Shown piece by piece: positions 14,534 through 28,662 of a DNA stretch of 64,000 nucleotides (the first letter of the stretch is position 1; every line of letters starts with the position of its first letter). The notes under the pieces were generated by a model, which did not search any database, had not been told where the DNA came from, and saw only the letters and a list, made by a program, of their open reading frames with translations. The stretch lies in NCBI GenBank assembly GCA_004022145.1, contig RCNU01000002.1; one strand, written 5' to 3'. The stretch comes from Paecilomyces variotii (taxonomy: Eukaryota). Position numbers and translations under genes: made by a program.

Positions 14534-15530
14534 TATTTCTCCCACGTCTTTTCAGGGAAGGGCCACGGGAAGAAGGATCGGGGCAAGCTTGCTTCTTTTT
14601 CTTTTTCTTTTCTTTTCTTTTTTCCTTTTCGGTTATATACTTAGGATGACGAGAGACAAGTTTTTCTTCTTCAGTTGGTGCTGGGGGCCAGTTTCCGGGG
14701 TTCGGGGAGTTCTTATGCCCATTGATCTACTACTGTATGACTAGGACGTTATTAGTTTCTATAGAATCAGTTTGTTTTTTTCGGAAATTTCATGCGCGTT
14801 TCATGTAGACCAGAACGATGATGGAGTACTCTAGTAGTTTCGCTAACGGATCTCCTCCCCACGAAGTGCATCATCTCGCAGGATTAGTTACATGGGCGGA
14901 GTGCTGATCGTCCCGAGGGCTGCGGAGGCGATGCGGATCAACAAGATCAATTGGTGCTCACAGCAGTCGATACGCGGAGAAGAAGGCTACCTTGCGATAC
15001 GCGCTGGTCACCTGGGCTTTCATTTCCTGGAGAGGATTATTGCGGCGGAGAAGGGGATTCACAGCAGAAGTAGCAAGTGGCGTTGAGCGATGCTGGAGCG
15101 AGGTTACTTAGTGTCGACTAAGTCAGTCAGTCACCAAATCCAGACTCCCCCAGAAAACAACCATCATCGCATCAGATCTCCAACCTCCGCGCGGTGGGGC
15201 AACCGAGCTCTCGCCCTTCCCCCTCTTCCTCCATCGACTGCTGCAGAGTCCTTCTTTACAATATTGTGTATATAGTGTCCTCAATTCTTTCCGGATCGCC
15301 CATGTATTGCCTGGCGCAAGCATCCCGTTGCCGTTCCTTGCAATCGTGTGACTTTATGCAGCTGTCGTGAGAGCTTCCGTCGCTTGCAAGCGGGGAAAAG
15401 GACTACCCAGATCGTCGTGATTCTTTGCAATTGATTCTATTTAGTCCTGCAGTGAGGCCGGAGGAGCTGCAGATTTCCCCAGCTCCCGTAATTGCGTCTT
15501 GCGAGGCCCGGGAATCGATTGCCGCCAGTC

Positions 15531-17998
15531 ATGGCTGCGGGAGATGGAGCTGTTTATTGCACGGTGAGCTTCGCTTGCTTCTGTCGACGATTTCGAGAGT
15601 GGCCATGTATGTACTAACGTTTGCGCGCGCAGCTCTTAATGAGCGACAATTACCTCCCGGGTAAGTATTACTACCTCCCACGTCGCGCAAAGGAGAGAGT
15701 CTGTCCTTTTTTGCTAACAATGGCCACTAGGTGCGGCCGTTCTCGCTCATTCCTTGCGCGACAACGGGACAAAGGCGAAGTTGGTTGCTCTTTATACGCC
15801 GGAAACTCTGCAGCCCGCGACAATTGCTGAGCTCCAGGTAGGCTTTTCTCTGCATTGCGTCTGGGTCCTCTTTCCGGTTACTGACCACAGCGCAAAAGAG
15901 TGTTTACGATGAAATCATACCGGTTAACCGGATCACGAACGCAATGCCTGCCAATCTCTGGCTTATGGACCGGCCGGACTTGATATCGACATTTACGAAA
16001 ATTCAACTATGGCGCCAAACACAGTTCAAGCGCATTGTCTATATCGACTGCGACGTGGTGGCCGTACGCGCACCGGATGAGCTTCTGTCCCTGGACGTAG
16101 ATTTCGCTGCCGCGCCGGATGTTGGCTGGCCGGATATTTTCAACAGCGGAGTGATGGTCCTCCGACCCAACATGCAGGATTATTACTCCCTTATCGCGCT
16201 AGCTGAGAGGGGGATCAGCTTCGACGGTGCGGATCAGGGTCTGTTTAATATGCATTTCAGGAACTGGCATAGGTTGAGTTTTACGTACAACTGTACTCCT
16301 AGCGCCAACTATCAGTACATTCCGGCATACAAGCACTTTCAGAGCACGATCAGCTTGCTTCATTTTATAGGGGCCCAGAAACCGTGGAATCTCCCGAGAC
16401 AGGTGCTACCGCGGGAGGCGCCTTATAACCAGCTATTGGGGAGGTGGTGGGCTACATATGACAGGCACTATCGTCCAGAGGTATGGTCTTTCATCTATGT
16501 CCTTGAATCTCCCAGGTCCGGGAATTTTGACTTAGGATAATAGGTTACTTCATATGAACCCGGGTACAGTCAGGCCCTGCCGCAGACTAACCCGCGCCAT
16601 GGTATTCCCGAGACGGTGAAGACCGTGGATACCCCGTCGGCCCTCTCTACTCGATCAGCCCAGATCTACCAACCTGCTCCTGTGCGACCCGTGAAAGTGG
16701 CTTGGAAGGAGACTGGCCAGACGACTGGTTCTACCCAGCAGCGTCATTATGGGGGTCATTTCCACGTTCATCAACCGCCAGCACAAGTAATAGAAGACGC
16801 CTCGGCCAATGCCCCACAAGTCGTGCCTAGTAACCCGCCCCAATACCAGGTGCAAGAGCAAGCCCGGATTGCGAGTGCTGTACCGCAATATGTGCGTGGA
16901 GAAGAGCATGTATCTGCGTATATCCAACCTTCACATGAACCACAGCAACACGCTTGGCAACCTCATCGTGAGGAGCCGTGGCATGAGCAGCAAGCGGAGC
17001 CAGCACCTGCGGTCGTGCATCAGCCTCCCCCGCAAAAGACCCAGTCTCCAGAACCTCCAAAGGAGAGGCCCTTTTCGCCGCCCAAGGCGGAATGGGACGC
17101 ATCGCGGTAGGTCTACCATTGTGTAATCAATACCGGTACAAGCTAACACTACACAGAGAGCCTCCTCCGCAGAATTCAAGGCCAGAGGCGATGGCGCTAC
17201 AAACCCAGACATACACTATGTCTAAAGACACGAAGCTTTTCCGGCCTCCAGGAGCGTATCCTGAAGCCCCGAAAGATATGTGGTATAAAGTGCCCGAAAC
17301 AAAACCTGAGCCGTCAAATATCACCCCAATATTCCCTTGGGAAACCAGAGCACCTAAACCGACACGAGTTTTCCCGGATGAAGTATCTGAGACATCGGAG
17401 TTTCAATCTTCTACTCGTCCCAGGTCTCCTTCCTTGGTCACTGACGCGAGCGGGCCTTCAACAGAAACGCCGTCCACGCCCCCCTACTCGCAGGAACCCT
17501 CGGACCCATGGACCACTTACACAAGGTCCAATGCATGGGACGAGGTCCCAGAAATATCCAAATACATTGAATCGATACAACAATCCAGAAAAGCCAAGAC
17601 GCAAGTGATTCCTGGGACTGACAACGTCTCCTCGCCCTCCAAAGGAGCTGAGGACCGGAAAGGCAGCCTGAGGATTACCGACTTCCCTTCGGAGGTTGAG
17701 CGTCCTAGTCTCCCCGTCACGCCGGCGCCAGTCAGGCCAGCAACCTTCTGGGGCCGAGACGTAGGGGAGACGGGTACAGAACTTCCAGCTGCTAAGGGAG
17801 TGCCCCGGCAGGAGGAATGGGTGGGTCTCACAGTTGATGTGTTTGTACACCTCCTGCGAGTAGCGTACTTATACTGGCGATTGACAGAATCCGATGGCAC
17901 GGCTCGAAGAGCTCCGACGCCGTCAGTCAGAGCTACTCGAACATCCCGATTCACTCCTTGAGAAAGTTGCCCAATTCAGGGAGGCTCACTCGGAGTAG
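15531..17998 (+). CDS. GLG1: Glycogenin (GT8 self-glucosylating initiator of glycogen synthesis)
   Basis: Short 5' exons give MAAGDGAVYCT/LLMSDNYLPG/AAVLAHSLRDNGT; then TFTKIQLW, YIDCD (DxD), PDVGWPDIFNSGV, SFDGADQG and HFIGAQKPW. The last intron 17821-17887 leads to NPMARLEELRRRQS...stop at 17998. Confidence 0.92.
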
Positions 17999-18684
17999 AA
18001 CGACAGCTCATATTCAACCTTTTCGCGAATGTACTCTACCATGTTGAACCTCCAATAACTTTATCAAAGCTCCTCATACGACAAGGGAGCCAACCATCTC
18101 GCTCATTCTCTTAGTTGATGCTATGTAAATCCGATCTTGCTTTGGCGTGTTTCAATCTGGGCATAAAGTTCGCTTATACCCGCTTTATTAGCGCTTCGTT
18201 TCGTTTCATGCATTGCGATTGCTACAGTGCATTGCATTGCTAGACTTGAAGTTTCCGTTTTCGTTTTTATATTCTCTCTAGTTTCGCCTTTCGGATCTCT
18301 TGTTTGTCGATGAGTTAACTCTATTCGATTTCATCTTTGTGGTGTACTATAGCGAGGAGCCATGAAATGTACTTTAGATTGCAACAACGTTAAAAAGTCT
18401 TTCAGTGATGTTCTGTTTCAGATAGATTCCGAGTATTACGTGCGAACATGCGAAGCTGACGAAGCAAAGCAGAACTCAATCTTAATAAATGATGATTGGC
18501 TTCTCTATTTCTTCGTCCGGACGCTTTCAACAATCAATATACCTGTTTCGCAGTAACCTAGTGTCGAGTGATATGATATTATGCATGTTGAGCAGGGAAA
18601 TGATATCCGGCGGATTTGGTTGAACCAAATGCACGCTCTTATTATCGTTCTTTCTGAGTGAATATCCGGATTCGTCGACGACAA

Positions 18685-19693
18685 TCAATCTAGCGTTTTC
18701 CCTTGAATCAAATTCACGTTGACTTGCCGACCACCGTAGGATAGAGAAACATTCTCATCTGTCGGACAATTCATATCGATACGACGTAGATCCAGTCCAG
18801 CTCGAGAAAACCCCAAAAGAAAATTACATCGATCCAAGCGCAAGTTCTCAATACGGTCCAGTAACTCTCTCAATGTCTCCAAAAAAGGACCGGGATATTG
18901 TTCTTCTTTCCGTCCGTCGTGATATGGCAGCTGCAATTGCGATAAGCAGACTGTGCGTAGAGGGACACCGCTCCCATTAGCGATCCAGACAGCCTTCGAT
19001 ACGACATTGAGGTGATGTTCGTAACTCTTTTCTCCCAGTGTCATGTCCAAATCCAGATACGACTGTAGCCAATCTCCCTTTTCCACGGGCCGACAGAAGT
19101 CCACTCTCAGTTCTGCTAGTTTCGGAAGCTTCTGTAAAGCAGAGGATAAGACGGCTAGGTCTGTATCGGTGTTGATGATCCCGCGTTGCTCTTCACAGAT
19201 CTTCTGTAGACGGTCATATATGACCATATAAGAAGGACATTCGCCATCATGATATTTCAAATCATACAATTCTTTCGCCTCTTCGACATATCGATGAGTT
19301 TGAAACGTGAATAGATTCGACGAATAACATTCGAAATCCAAGATTTCTTAAATCAAAAAAAATTCGTTCGTTCTAATAAGGTTTTCAACGTAGGCGATGA
19401 TATCTGGAATAAGAAAAGGCCTTACCCGGTCTTAACAATTGCGGAGCCACATAGATGAAGGAGACGGTATAGTGACGAACTTCGGACTCGATGAAGCTGC
19501 GGAGTTCATCGAATCCAGGTTTTGAGAATCGAAATTCAACCTCGTGGAAGAGAAGAGGTAGGCATATTTGTCTGAGCTTTTTACTGACGCATGAGAGTTG
19601 TTTGAGATCTGGGATTTGGAGCAGGTCGCGGATATCGTACAGGATTTCGGTTGGGAGAAGTTCGAGGAAAGTGTTATGGTCTGTTGAGCTCAT
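18685..19693 (-). CDS. F-box domain protein, probably lineage-specific (2 exons)
   Basis: N-terminal F-box signature LLPTEILYDIRDLLQIPDLKQLSCVSKKLRQIC. Intron 19425-19347 (GTAAGG..AAG) joins in frame to EILDFECY.... TATA-like TTTATATAAA lies ~45 nt upstream. Confidence 0.7.
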
Positions 19694-21066
19694 GGCGTGT
19701 GGGATCGTGAGTGCTAATCGTCTGCTTTGCTGGGTTTATATAAATAAGTGAATATCAATTTTTGAGGTCGCTCAGGTACTAAAAAATATAAAAATATAAA
19801 ATAAAAAATGGTGAAATAGATAGAAAACCGAAGAGATGATAAGATAAAGAAAAGGAAGATAACCACCCTTGGAATTGGACGTGTCTTGATATTGAATTAT
19901 TGTTGATGCTCACGAAGGTGGCCTATTGATTTAGGCCGTCAGCGATAGTATTTATTTATATAGCACGTACAGTTCGCAGCACGTTTGCCACTAGATAGAC
20001 AATAGAACGAGAAACTTCATCATACCACGACTAAAAGGGCAATTCAAACCGGGGTCTCCCAGTTCCTATGAGATAATCAGTTTTTTCACATGTTCTGAAG
20101 GAGTAGTAACGCTTTGGATTTAACCACCGTGAACTAGCGAAAAACCATTGGTGACTCAACGCTATCTGATCGGACGCGACTACTGCTCCTAATTTTCCCG
20201 TTGTAATGTTGTAGCGGTTTGGTTCCGGGAGTTCTCGCAATAACATGATGGAACTGTTTTGCTGATGGCATGACTGAGTTGTTTTAGTTTCGCTCGGGAG
20301 ACGCAATGTCATATGTTTCGTCCCGATGTAGATGGGCTTTCTGACCAATCTTATTAGCGAACCAGAGAAGAAAAGGGTTGATCCCGGTCAAGTGCCTGTT
20401 CGTATGGCCTCGGTTACGAATGATCGAGAGTAAGGTTAATGTCTATTGATCTTATCGAAAGTCTTCTTGGAAGGATCCAAACAACACAGGTAAGAAGCAT
20501 CAAAGAGAATGTGATAGCACGAGACGTAGGTGTAAATAGTATTCAAAAATAGATCCGGAAGGCTTTCGTTGCGTGTGGGTGAGCTCTCTTAAAGTTTGCA
20601 ACCAATGTTTCCTCGCGTCGTTATATTTCTTCAATGGAACTAGCGATTCTGTAAAGGAATAGCCAACTCTTCCAAGAAGCCTCTCATCCAAACGCATCCT
20701 GTGTTTTCGTAGAGAAACTGGGTGCCGCCACACTAGACGAGACAATTCCGGAACCTAACCAATTATCCTACCACAAGTTTTCAAAGTTGATACTATTCAT
20801 GCTTCCCGATTGATGGAATACTAGTCATATGAGATTGCAGAACTTTGGACCGCAAGGGGAAGTTGTAGATATCTTGAAGTTATAAGCTACCTTAGCGATA
20901 ACAACGAGCAATCATTTCTAAGAATATCTTTTCACCTCATGATGCTAGCAAGCACAGACGCCGTACGAAGAGAGGAGGAAACTGGAGAAAACCGCCCCAA
21001 AGAAAGGCCAAAAGAGGATATCGTAGACAGAAGAGGGTATTAAGCTATTTATACACAACTGGAAAC

Positions 21067-22040
21067 TCAGACCTTTCGTCCATGTCGCGAATAGAAATCG
21101 CACTGCTTGATGTGCTTTGCTTTTCCGGTTTTCTCGTCAAATAGGCTGAATCCATAAGTCGCGGCATTGGGTGGGGTATAGACTAGAATAAGATTAGCAT
21201 CACGATACAAGGTTAGAAGGTTAGCTATATCTCAACATACGGTGTAGCGAAATGGCGAAGTTGCTGGGGTCGGGGTTCGAGATTTTATGGAGACCCAGCT
21301 TCATAGATGGTTAGTACACATACTTTGACCAAGAATCATCCCGAGAGAAAGAAAAAGGTAAGATGGCGATAGATGATCACAAACCTTATCAGACATGTAA
21401 GTCACCTGGTTCTCGCCATATTTGGTCTGCTTTGTGATGTGGAGAGGTGACGATTGTCCTTCCTTGACCTTGTCCTCTTCTGGCCACGCATAGAGCGTTT
21501 CCTGCAAGGTGCCTTTTAGGACCTGATTTTGCAAAGGCAAAGGTTAGTTAATTACATCATTCCAGAGTCTCACAATGATGAATGGGCAAATACCTTCATG
21601 ACACAATGTGCGTTAGCATGGTCGTGGATTGCACTCCCTTTACCCGGACTCCAGACAAGAATAAGCTAGATTTCCCAAGTGGGCGCAGTTAGCACACCGT
21701 CTGAGTATCTAATGGCGTCCACTAGCCACGGAGCGTATACGGATTCCACTCTATATTCAATTCATACCAGGTTGCTCTTTCCGTTACCCTCGTCCACCAG
21801 GTTTCTTGTATACGTCCTACTGGCGTCTCCCATCGCGTACATCGTCCACTCTTGCTCATTGGAGACATACTTCTCCATCAGCCGTTGGATGTCTACCGGG
21901 TCGACATCGTCGGAATCAAGACCTGAGCTGGGACCCAAGACAGCGCTCAGATCTGCAACGAGCTTTTGGAAGGCGTCCTGTGCCGTACCATCGGCTTCGG
22001 ACAGAGAAGACGACTCCGAACCGTTTTCGAGGAATGGCAT
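21067..22040 (-). CDS. CDO1: Cysteine dioxygenase (5 exons)
   Basis: [15 protein letters not shown] / [24 protein letters not shown] / VLKGTLQET / LGLHKISNP...AISLH / LYTPP: the cupin 3-His ligands and the SLHLY motif. Confidence 0.95.
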
Positions 22041-22779
22041 CCTTACGGGTTTGCAGTACAGCTTGTCTTGAACTCAGATAACTCTGTAAACCCGCCTATT
22101 CAATGGCAGCGGATCTTCCAGTAAAGTTTCCCGCCTGACTAGATATAAGATGCGTGCAAGCTTCAGAGAAAGCTTTCGGTCTTGGCCGGAAGTTGAAAGA
22201 GAGTTTGAGGATGGAAACGGTCCGAGAAAAAAATAAATTGAAGTACGTAGCTGCCTATAGGTATTACTAACGGCGATTCGGATATCATATCAAGGGAAGC
22301 ACAAGCGTGGTATGCGTATCCTCTTGAGGACGGCGGAGTGGTGAGTATATCTGATATTATACGGAAGGTCCAATGGAGAGCGCCGTGAGGCAATCTCTCT
22401 TGTCTGAGCCGCCGCTTGCCACAAACATGGTCGAAGTTGAGCACGCAACGCAGCACAGGAGAAGACGCGATCAACTCCGATCTGGCTCCGATCTGACTTT
22501 TGGGTGCCTTGTGGGTGCCTTGTTAGTGCCTCAGGTCAACGCCCCGCGGCGATAACTGGGGCTACACTCACCGCCTTTGGCAGAATCCCGCGAAAGCCAT
22601 CGAATAGTGGCGGCGACCACAAATCTATCTCAAAGATTCTTCCCCGCAAGAAACTCTTGCGACATCCTCTGCACACTGCGCCACCGCTATACGCCTGTGT
22701 GTGCTGCATTTTTTTTTTACCAAATACTGCACCTTTTCAATCATTCTAAGCGTGCCTCAGCGCGTGCGATTCCGCAAAA

Positions 22780-24363
22780 ATGGCGACGACAGTGGACAAG
22801 GTTCGCTCTGCCTCCGTTCTTACCAAATCTATGAAGAATGACACTGACACATGATCTCGTACTGCAGATCAAGGAGATTGAGGCCGAGGTTAGTCAACGG
22901 ATTTTCCGTCCGAGATGCTCGAAGAAGTGGGATACTGACACTCCCGCAGATGGCCAAGACTCAGAAGAACAAGGCGACATCATATCACTTGGGACAGTTG
23001 AAGGCTAAGCTTGCGAAGCTAAAAAGAGAGCTCCTCACTCCTTCTGGTGGTGGAGGTGGTGGAGGTGGTGAGTATATGTTCAAATAGTGTGATATTATCA
23101 GCTCTGTCGAGCCTCCGCTGACATGCATATCTCGTAGTCGGTTTCGACGTTGCCCGTACTGGTGTCGCGAGTGTGTAAGTACCTCTCATTTGTACACAGT
23201 TGCGTATCTGACACTGACACCAAATGCTAGGGGATTCATTGGCTTCCCGTCCGTGGGGAAGAGTACGTTGATGAGTAGATTGACTGGCCAGCATTCCGAA
23301 GGTTCGTGACGATCCTCTTGTCTTTGTGCAAGGGAGGAAAAAATACTGATAGTCATGGGTAGCTGCCGCATACGAGTTCACAACCTTGACGACTGTCCCT
23401 GGACAGGTCATATATAACGGTGCGAAGATCCAGATCCTGGACTTGCCCGGTATCATTCAAGGAGCCAAGGACGGCAAGGGTCGTGGTCGGCAGGTTATCG
23501 CTGTCGCAAAGACCTGTCACCTCATCTTCATTGTTCTCGATGTCAATAAGCCTCTAACGGACAAGAAGATCATCGAGAACGAGTTGGAGGGATTCGGAAT
23601 CAGGATCAACAAGCAACCTCCCAACATCGTCTTCAAGAAGAAGGACAAGGGCGGCATTTCCATCTCCGCTACGGTCCCATTGACTCACATCACCCATGAC
23701 GTATGTTCTACAGCTGTAAGACTTTGGGATTATCCGCTGACATTTTCCAGGAAATCAAAGCCGTGATGAGCGAGTATAGGATCTCCTCTGCTGATATTGC
23801 TATTCGGTGCGACGCGACTATCGACGACCTGATCGACGTTCTGGAGGCCAAGAGTCGAAGCTACATCCCCGTCATCTATGCTCTGAACAAGATCGACTCG
23901 ATTTCAATTGAGGAGCTGGACCTTCTGTACCGGATTCCTAACGCGTGCCCCATCAGTTCGGAACATGGCTGGAACGTTGACGAGCTTCTGGAGCAAATGT
24001 GGGAGAAGCTCAACCTCCGAAGAATTTATACCAAACCCAAGGGCAAGCAGCCCGATTATACGGCTCCAGTTGTTCTGCGGTCCACCGCGTGTACTGTCGA
24101 AGACTTTGTATGACGCCTCTCCTACTTCTTTCTCTCTAATCCAGGGACTAACTGTACCATCAGTGCAACGCAATCCACAAGTCGATCGTGGAGCAGTTCA
24201 AGCATGCTATCGTCTATGGTCGTTCCGTGAAGCATCAGCCACAGAGAGTCGGTCTTGCTCACGAACTTGCAGATGAGGATATCAGTCAGTGACCCCGTCC
24301 CTGTTGCGCTCAGCAAAGCTTCCATACTAACTTTCCTTCACAGTTACAATTGTTAAGCGATAA
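22780..24363 (+). CDS. RBG1: Developmentally regulated GTP-binding protein DRG1/Rbg1 (9 exons)
   Basis: [39 protein letters not shown]1 [22 protein letters not shown], and a TGS domain ending DIITIVKR*. Confidence 0.95.
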
Positions 24364-25526
24364 ACGGCCACTCCCAATGCTGAACACTTCCCCTGTCCGC
24401 ATGAAGAGCTGGAGAGCCGATCATGAGGACCTGGCCTATAGCTGACTTGCGCCTGGCACGGACCTTGGGCCACTTGACAGTTGCTTGGAAGGGGATTTGG
24501 ATTCGAAAGTGGTCCACGGGATCTCATCTGAGACACCACGCAGAACTTGATGAGAGCGGGGAGTATGGAAACAATGCTACCAACTGCAGCTGTGGTTTGG
24601 ATAGCGTCCAAGTATCCTGGAAGGGATTGGATTGGGTCTTGTCAATGCATTCATAATGCAGGGTTGTTTTCCGGATCTGGCCATTACCACCAGGTATTAC
24701 GTGTCATAACTTACCAGGGCTCGACAGGGTTGAAATGAGGTGGAGGAAGATGACCGGGGAAGACTGAAGGGAACATGGATTAATCAGCGCACAGGGGAAC
24801 ATCGCAGGCTTCCTCTGGGCTGGATGAGTGTTCATGTCAGGGAATGATTTGTTCTGATCAGACAAGCATAGCGAGTTCCGCTTTCCTTGTGCGAAGACGT
24901 GTCTCAATGCGCATGTTGATAAGACTGTTCCGATACTGATATTTGGAAATGTGATGACCAAATCCGGACTGGCGTCCGGGAGCAAAGATGGATTAACGAA
25001 CTTATCTGCGCGGTTGTGTCAAGAATTCAGGAGGTTCCTTTATAAGAAACGGGGACAGCGCCCATGGCTGTGACATCCTTTCTTGTTCGTGTCAGATAGC
25101 CACCGCATGGCCGGCCTATCGACGGGGATCATGGGCCTTACGATTCCTGCTAGTAGAGAGCCCTGGTGGGAAGCAGAAAGGGCTGAGCCTTCGCATGGCG
25201 AGCAGTGCCGAGTTCCATAGTTCCATCCGCACTTGGGGTCTGGATCGCTCGTTGAGTTCGGATCCGATAAAGAAACTTGTAGATTGTAATAATAGCGGCC
25301 CGTGCAAACCATCCTAGTGCCATGCCGTCTGTAGTTACCTAGACAAGGTACTCTGTCATTGATCGCTGTCGCCCAGATGACAATCCGGTTAGCGGATGAA
25401 GCGGTGCCTGCGCCAGGCGACCAAAACGAGCAGTTACCCTGCTTCTTTCGTCATTCGGGAGATCTCTGTCGAGCCGGGGATCGCTGAAGTATCTTATCCT
25501 TGGCCAATTTGTTAGTTATTTTCTTT

Positions 25527-25528
<2 letters not shown>

Positions 25529-25570
<42 letters not shown>
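25529..25570 (+). repeat. Poly(dT) tract, ~42 nt
   Basis: Uninterrupted T run in an intergenic region. Confidence 0.95.
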
Positions 25571-25573
<3 letters not shown>

Positions 25574-28500
25574 TTTCCACGAGATGCGTGCCGGATGGTC
25601 CATCTTAGGCCCCTGAACGCCTATGGTATTTCTCCCCACACACCACCGGATCCTTCAGCCAAGAGGCTGTTGGAGAAGCAAAGCTTCGAACGTAGATCCC
25701 GGCGCTTAGAGTAGATTGCTGCAGTGAGACATTGGACGAGACTGGGCTGTCTGGAATTACATTGGGCGACCAGAGCCCCGTTCGCAGTGCGGATTGGGGC
25801 CGGTTTGTAATACTTGTAGTGAGTAACTGATAGTACCACTTTCATAATCTGTCGTCAGTATTGGCCGCAGCGCTATCTGCGGAGTGGCAGTATTTAATTA
25901 ATTAATTGGGCGAGAGAAAAAGAAAAGAAGAAGAATGGACCAGGACGGTTGAGAAGAGAGAGAGAGAGAAAGAGAGAAGAAGGAAAGACATTGTTTGATT
26001 GTTTGTCTCGGAGCACGTAACTTAACTAACCTCCTCCGCCTCGCACGTCCGTCGACTCGACCCCAACAGCGTCGTCTTTTCTTTGACGGTTTGACCAGGA
26101 GCTATGGCCTTGTGTTTGAGAGCGCCGGGAGGAGGTTGGCAAGGTCACTAACTGGAGCGTGCTCTACGTTTGATCTTATCCCCCCTCATCCCCCTCCTTC
26201 ATTGTTATTGATTGAATCTACCCGCTGGCGCCCTGTCACACGTTTTAGTTGCCGCCGGGGCTTGTCACCGTCGATATTATTGACTTGATAGCGTCTCTAA
26301 TGGGGTCTTCAAGCCCATAGGTTGATTGTCAGCACTGTGTGTGCCTGTAATTCTTCGATGTCGCACGATGCTGGGCGTCCGCCTCATTCCGTCTGGTCCT
26401 TCAACCATCCAGCTGATGACGATGGCAGCTTCCCCTTCGCAGTTCCACGCGACGATGAATTAGCCTTGATGACCGTCGGACAAGTGTGAATATTACATAG
26501 GCTGGCACCACGTTTCGGCTGCCCACGCTCATGTCCAGTTGAATTTGGTCCCTGACCGTCTGGCCAGACTATGGGCTGTACCAGATTACTCCATACAAGC
26601 GAGCAGGCTTTTTCCTTTCATTATTTGCGTGGCTGACGATAAATGCGCAGCGCCCCAGCGCATGCTCCACGTGAAGGGACAGCCAGAGCTTTTCAGGGCC
26701 AATATCACGACAATACTTCGTCCGCGCAACTCGAGTGGAGCGGAAACTGAAATATCAATATCCGTCCTCGTGGCCCTCCGGCAGGGGAGCAGCGTGTATG
26801 GCTTGAGACTCTTAGACTATGGCTGAAGAAACCGTTCAAATCTGAAAGAGGACGAATCAGTCATTCCTCCGTATGACGGCGGAGACCGTTCGCAAATCGT
26901 GCACCTGCAAGGCTATGTCGATTTTCGAACCACTTTTCGGGCCGTCTCGACAGCTCCATTTGCGGATCCTTTAGAGCGCCACGGCCGCCGGCGAACTAAC
27001 CATACAACGACCAGAGCGAGATCCCTCCGATCGTCCTAACGACGGAGTCTCCTTTCCAGGATGACCAAGGACTGCCCATAGTGGATCGCGGTGGGCCTGG
27101 GGACTGGCCCGGGCATGCTTCAATTCTTAGAGCCGTCGTGCTGAGAACTTAACCTTCTCGATGCAGAAACTATGATAGGACTCTGCTCGACGGTCCTGTT
27201 CTGCCCATGTATGGGTACTTGTAACATATCCTCCACTTGCTGTGCTTTTTGGTCGCAAGTACCGAGTGCTCGACGGTACTAGGTACTTCTTCCGCCGCCG
27301 TTATTCTTACTTTTTATTTCGGCTTCGGATTTCGCCCAGGAAATGGATCATCCACGCTTATACGGCCGAGACCGTCGTGCACTAAATTCGCAAAACAAGA
27401 CCCTCTGTCGATCCTTCTTCGGGAGTGCACTGATGAGGCCATGATGCCCTGGACATTGTGGCTCACTGTTGGTCGCCATTATTGCTATTATTCGCCTCCC
27501 CTTGACAATTACCAATGGATGCCACTGCCCCCTGCAAATAGCACGATGATTATGATTGACTCTATCTAGGGCATCTCCGCTGTCCTCGTGCTTCCGTCTC
27601 CACGATCCACGTCCACTAATCTTCTATCGACCGATATTGTCACGATCTATGGATCGAGTCAGGGAACCCACTCACATCATCATAGCCTCTTGCCCCGATG
27701 CTGTACAGAGAGCGTCGAGCGGTGTTTTCCTTCCTTGGACATGACCATGCCGATGTGGTCCGGGTACCGTCGATTTTGCCCGGGACTAGAGTAGTTGTAC
27801 TGCTCGCAGGGTTCACCATGATCGGGGTAGCAAAGGTTGCTCATAATATTGGCCGCTATTATCTCCCCTTGGAAGATTCGAGCTTTGATATCTCATGTGA
27901 ACTGCCGTTTTATTGAGCCACTAAGCAGGAACTGCCGTTACGTTCCGTATGGTATCCCAATACTTCTGTGCTGTACGTCTTTTTACATCACGGTAATTTG
28001 GCTTTAAAATATCCCGGTCTAACGTCTCCTTCGACAGCCAACCATGTTAAATGGATGGCTTCGACCCCTCACCATTTTTTTGCATGTACCCAATAGTCTT
28101 GCGTCTTCCGGTCTTTTTCTCCTGCTGGCTGTCATTTCTCTCCTTTTTTGCCCTTCCTCCCGTCGCCGCTATCTTGCACGGGCTTTGTGTTTAAGTAGTT
28201 TCCTTTTCGGTTCATCGCCCATAGTTAAGCTGCACTTATCGATGCCCCCCTGGTGCCTTGTCCTGAATCCTTTTTACATGCCCTACCCGCTGCAGAGCAC
28301 CCACCATCCGCCCCTCACTACCTTTTCCCCATCCTGCATACTCCGAAGAGCGTCCCTCAAAAGTCAAGAATAGCTCCCCTGTACATGCTGCAAATACTTA
28401 TCATAGTACCTGCTTCATTCCGAATTCAACGACTCCGGGTGATCGGGATTTTCTTCTCTCCCGCGAAACTATCTACTGCTCTTTCATTCTTCCGTCCTAG

Positions 28501-28662
28501 ATCTATCATGTCTTCTTTCTCTTCAACTCGCATCTAGTCTTGGAGCTTCGCTACTATTAAGTTTGCAGTCGGCTTGGTCCGCGTTTCACTGACCTTGTGC
28601 GTCCGTGCTGCGCTGCAGACTGTCCTTCCCTCAACAGGAAGCAAACCAGCATATTCAGCTCT

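Noticed and set aside
25529-25900. Poly(T) as the tail of a minus-strand SINE or retrocopy
   Set aside because: No target-site duplication, Pol III boxes or recognisable body; better explained as a poly(dA:dT) promoter tract.
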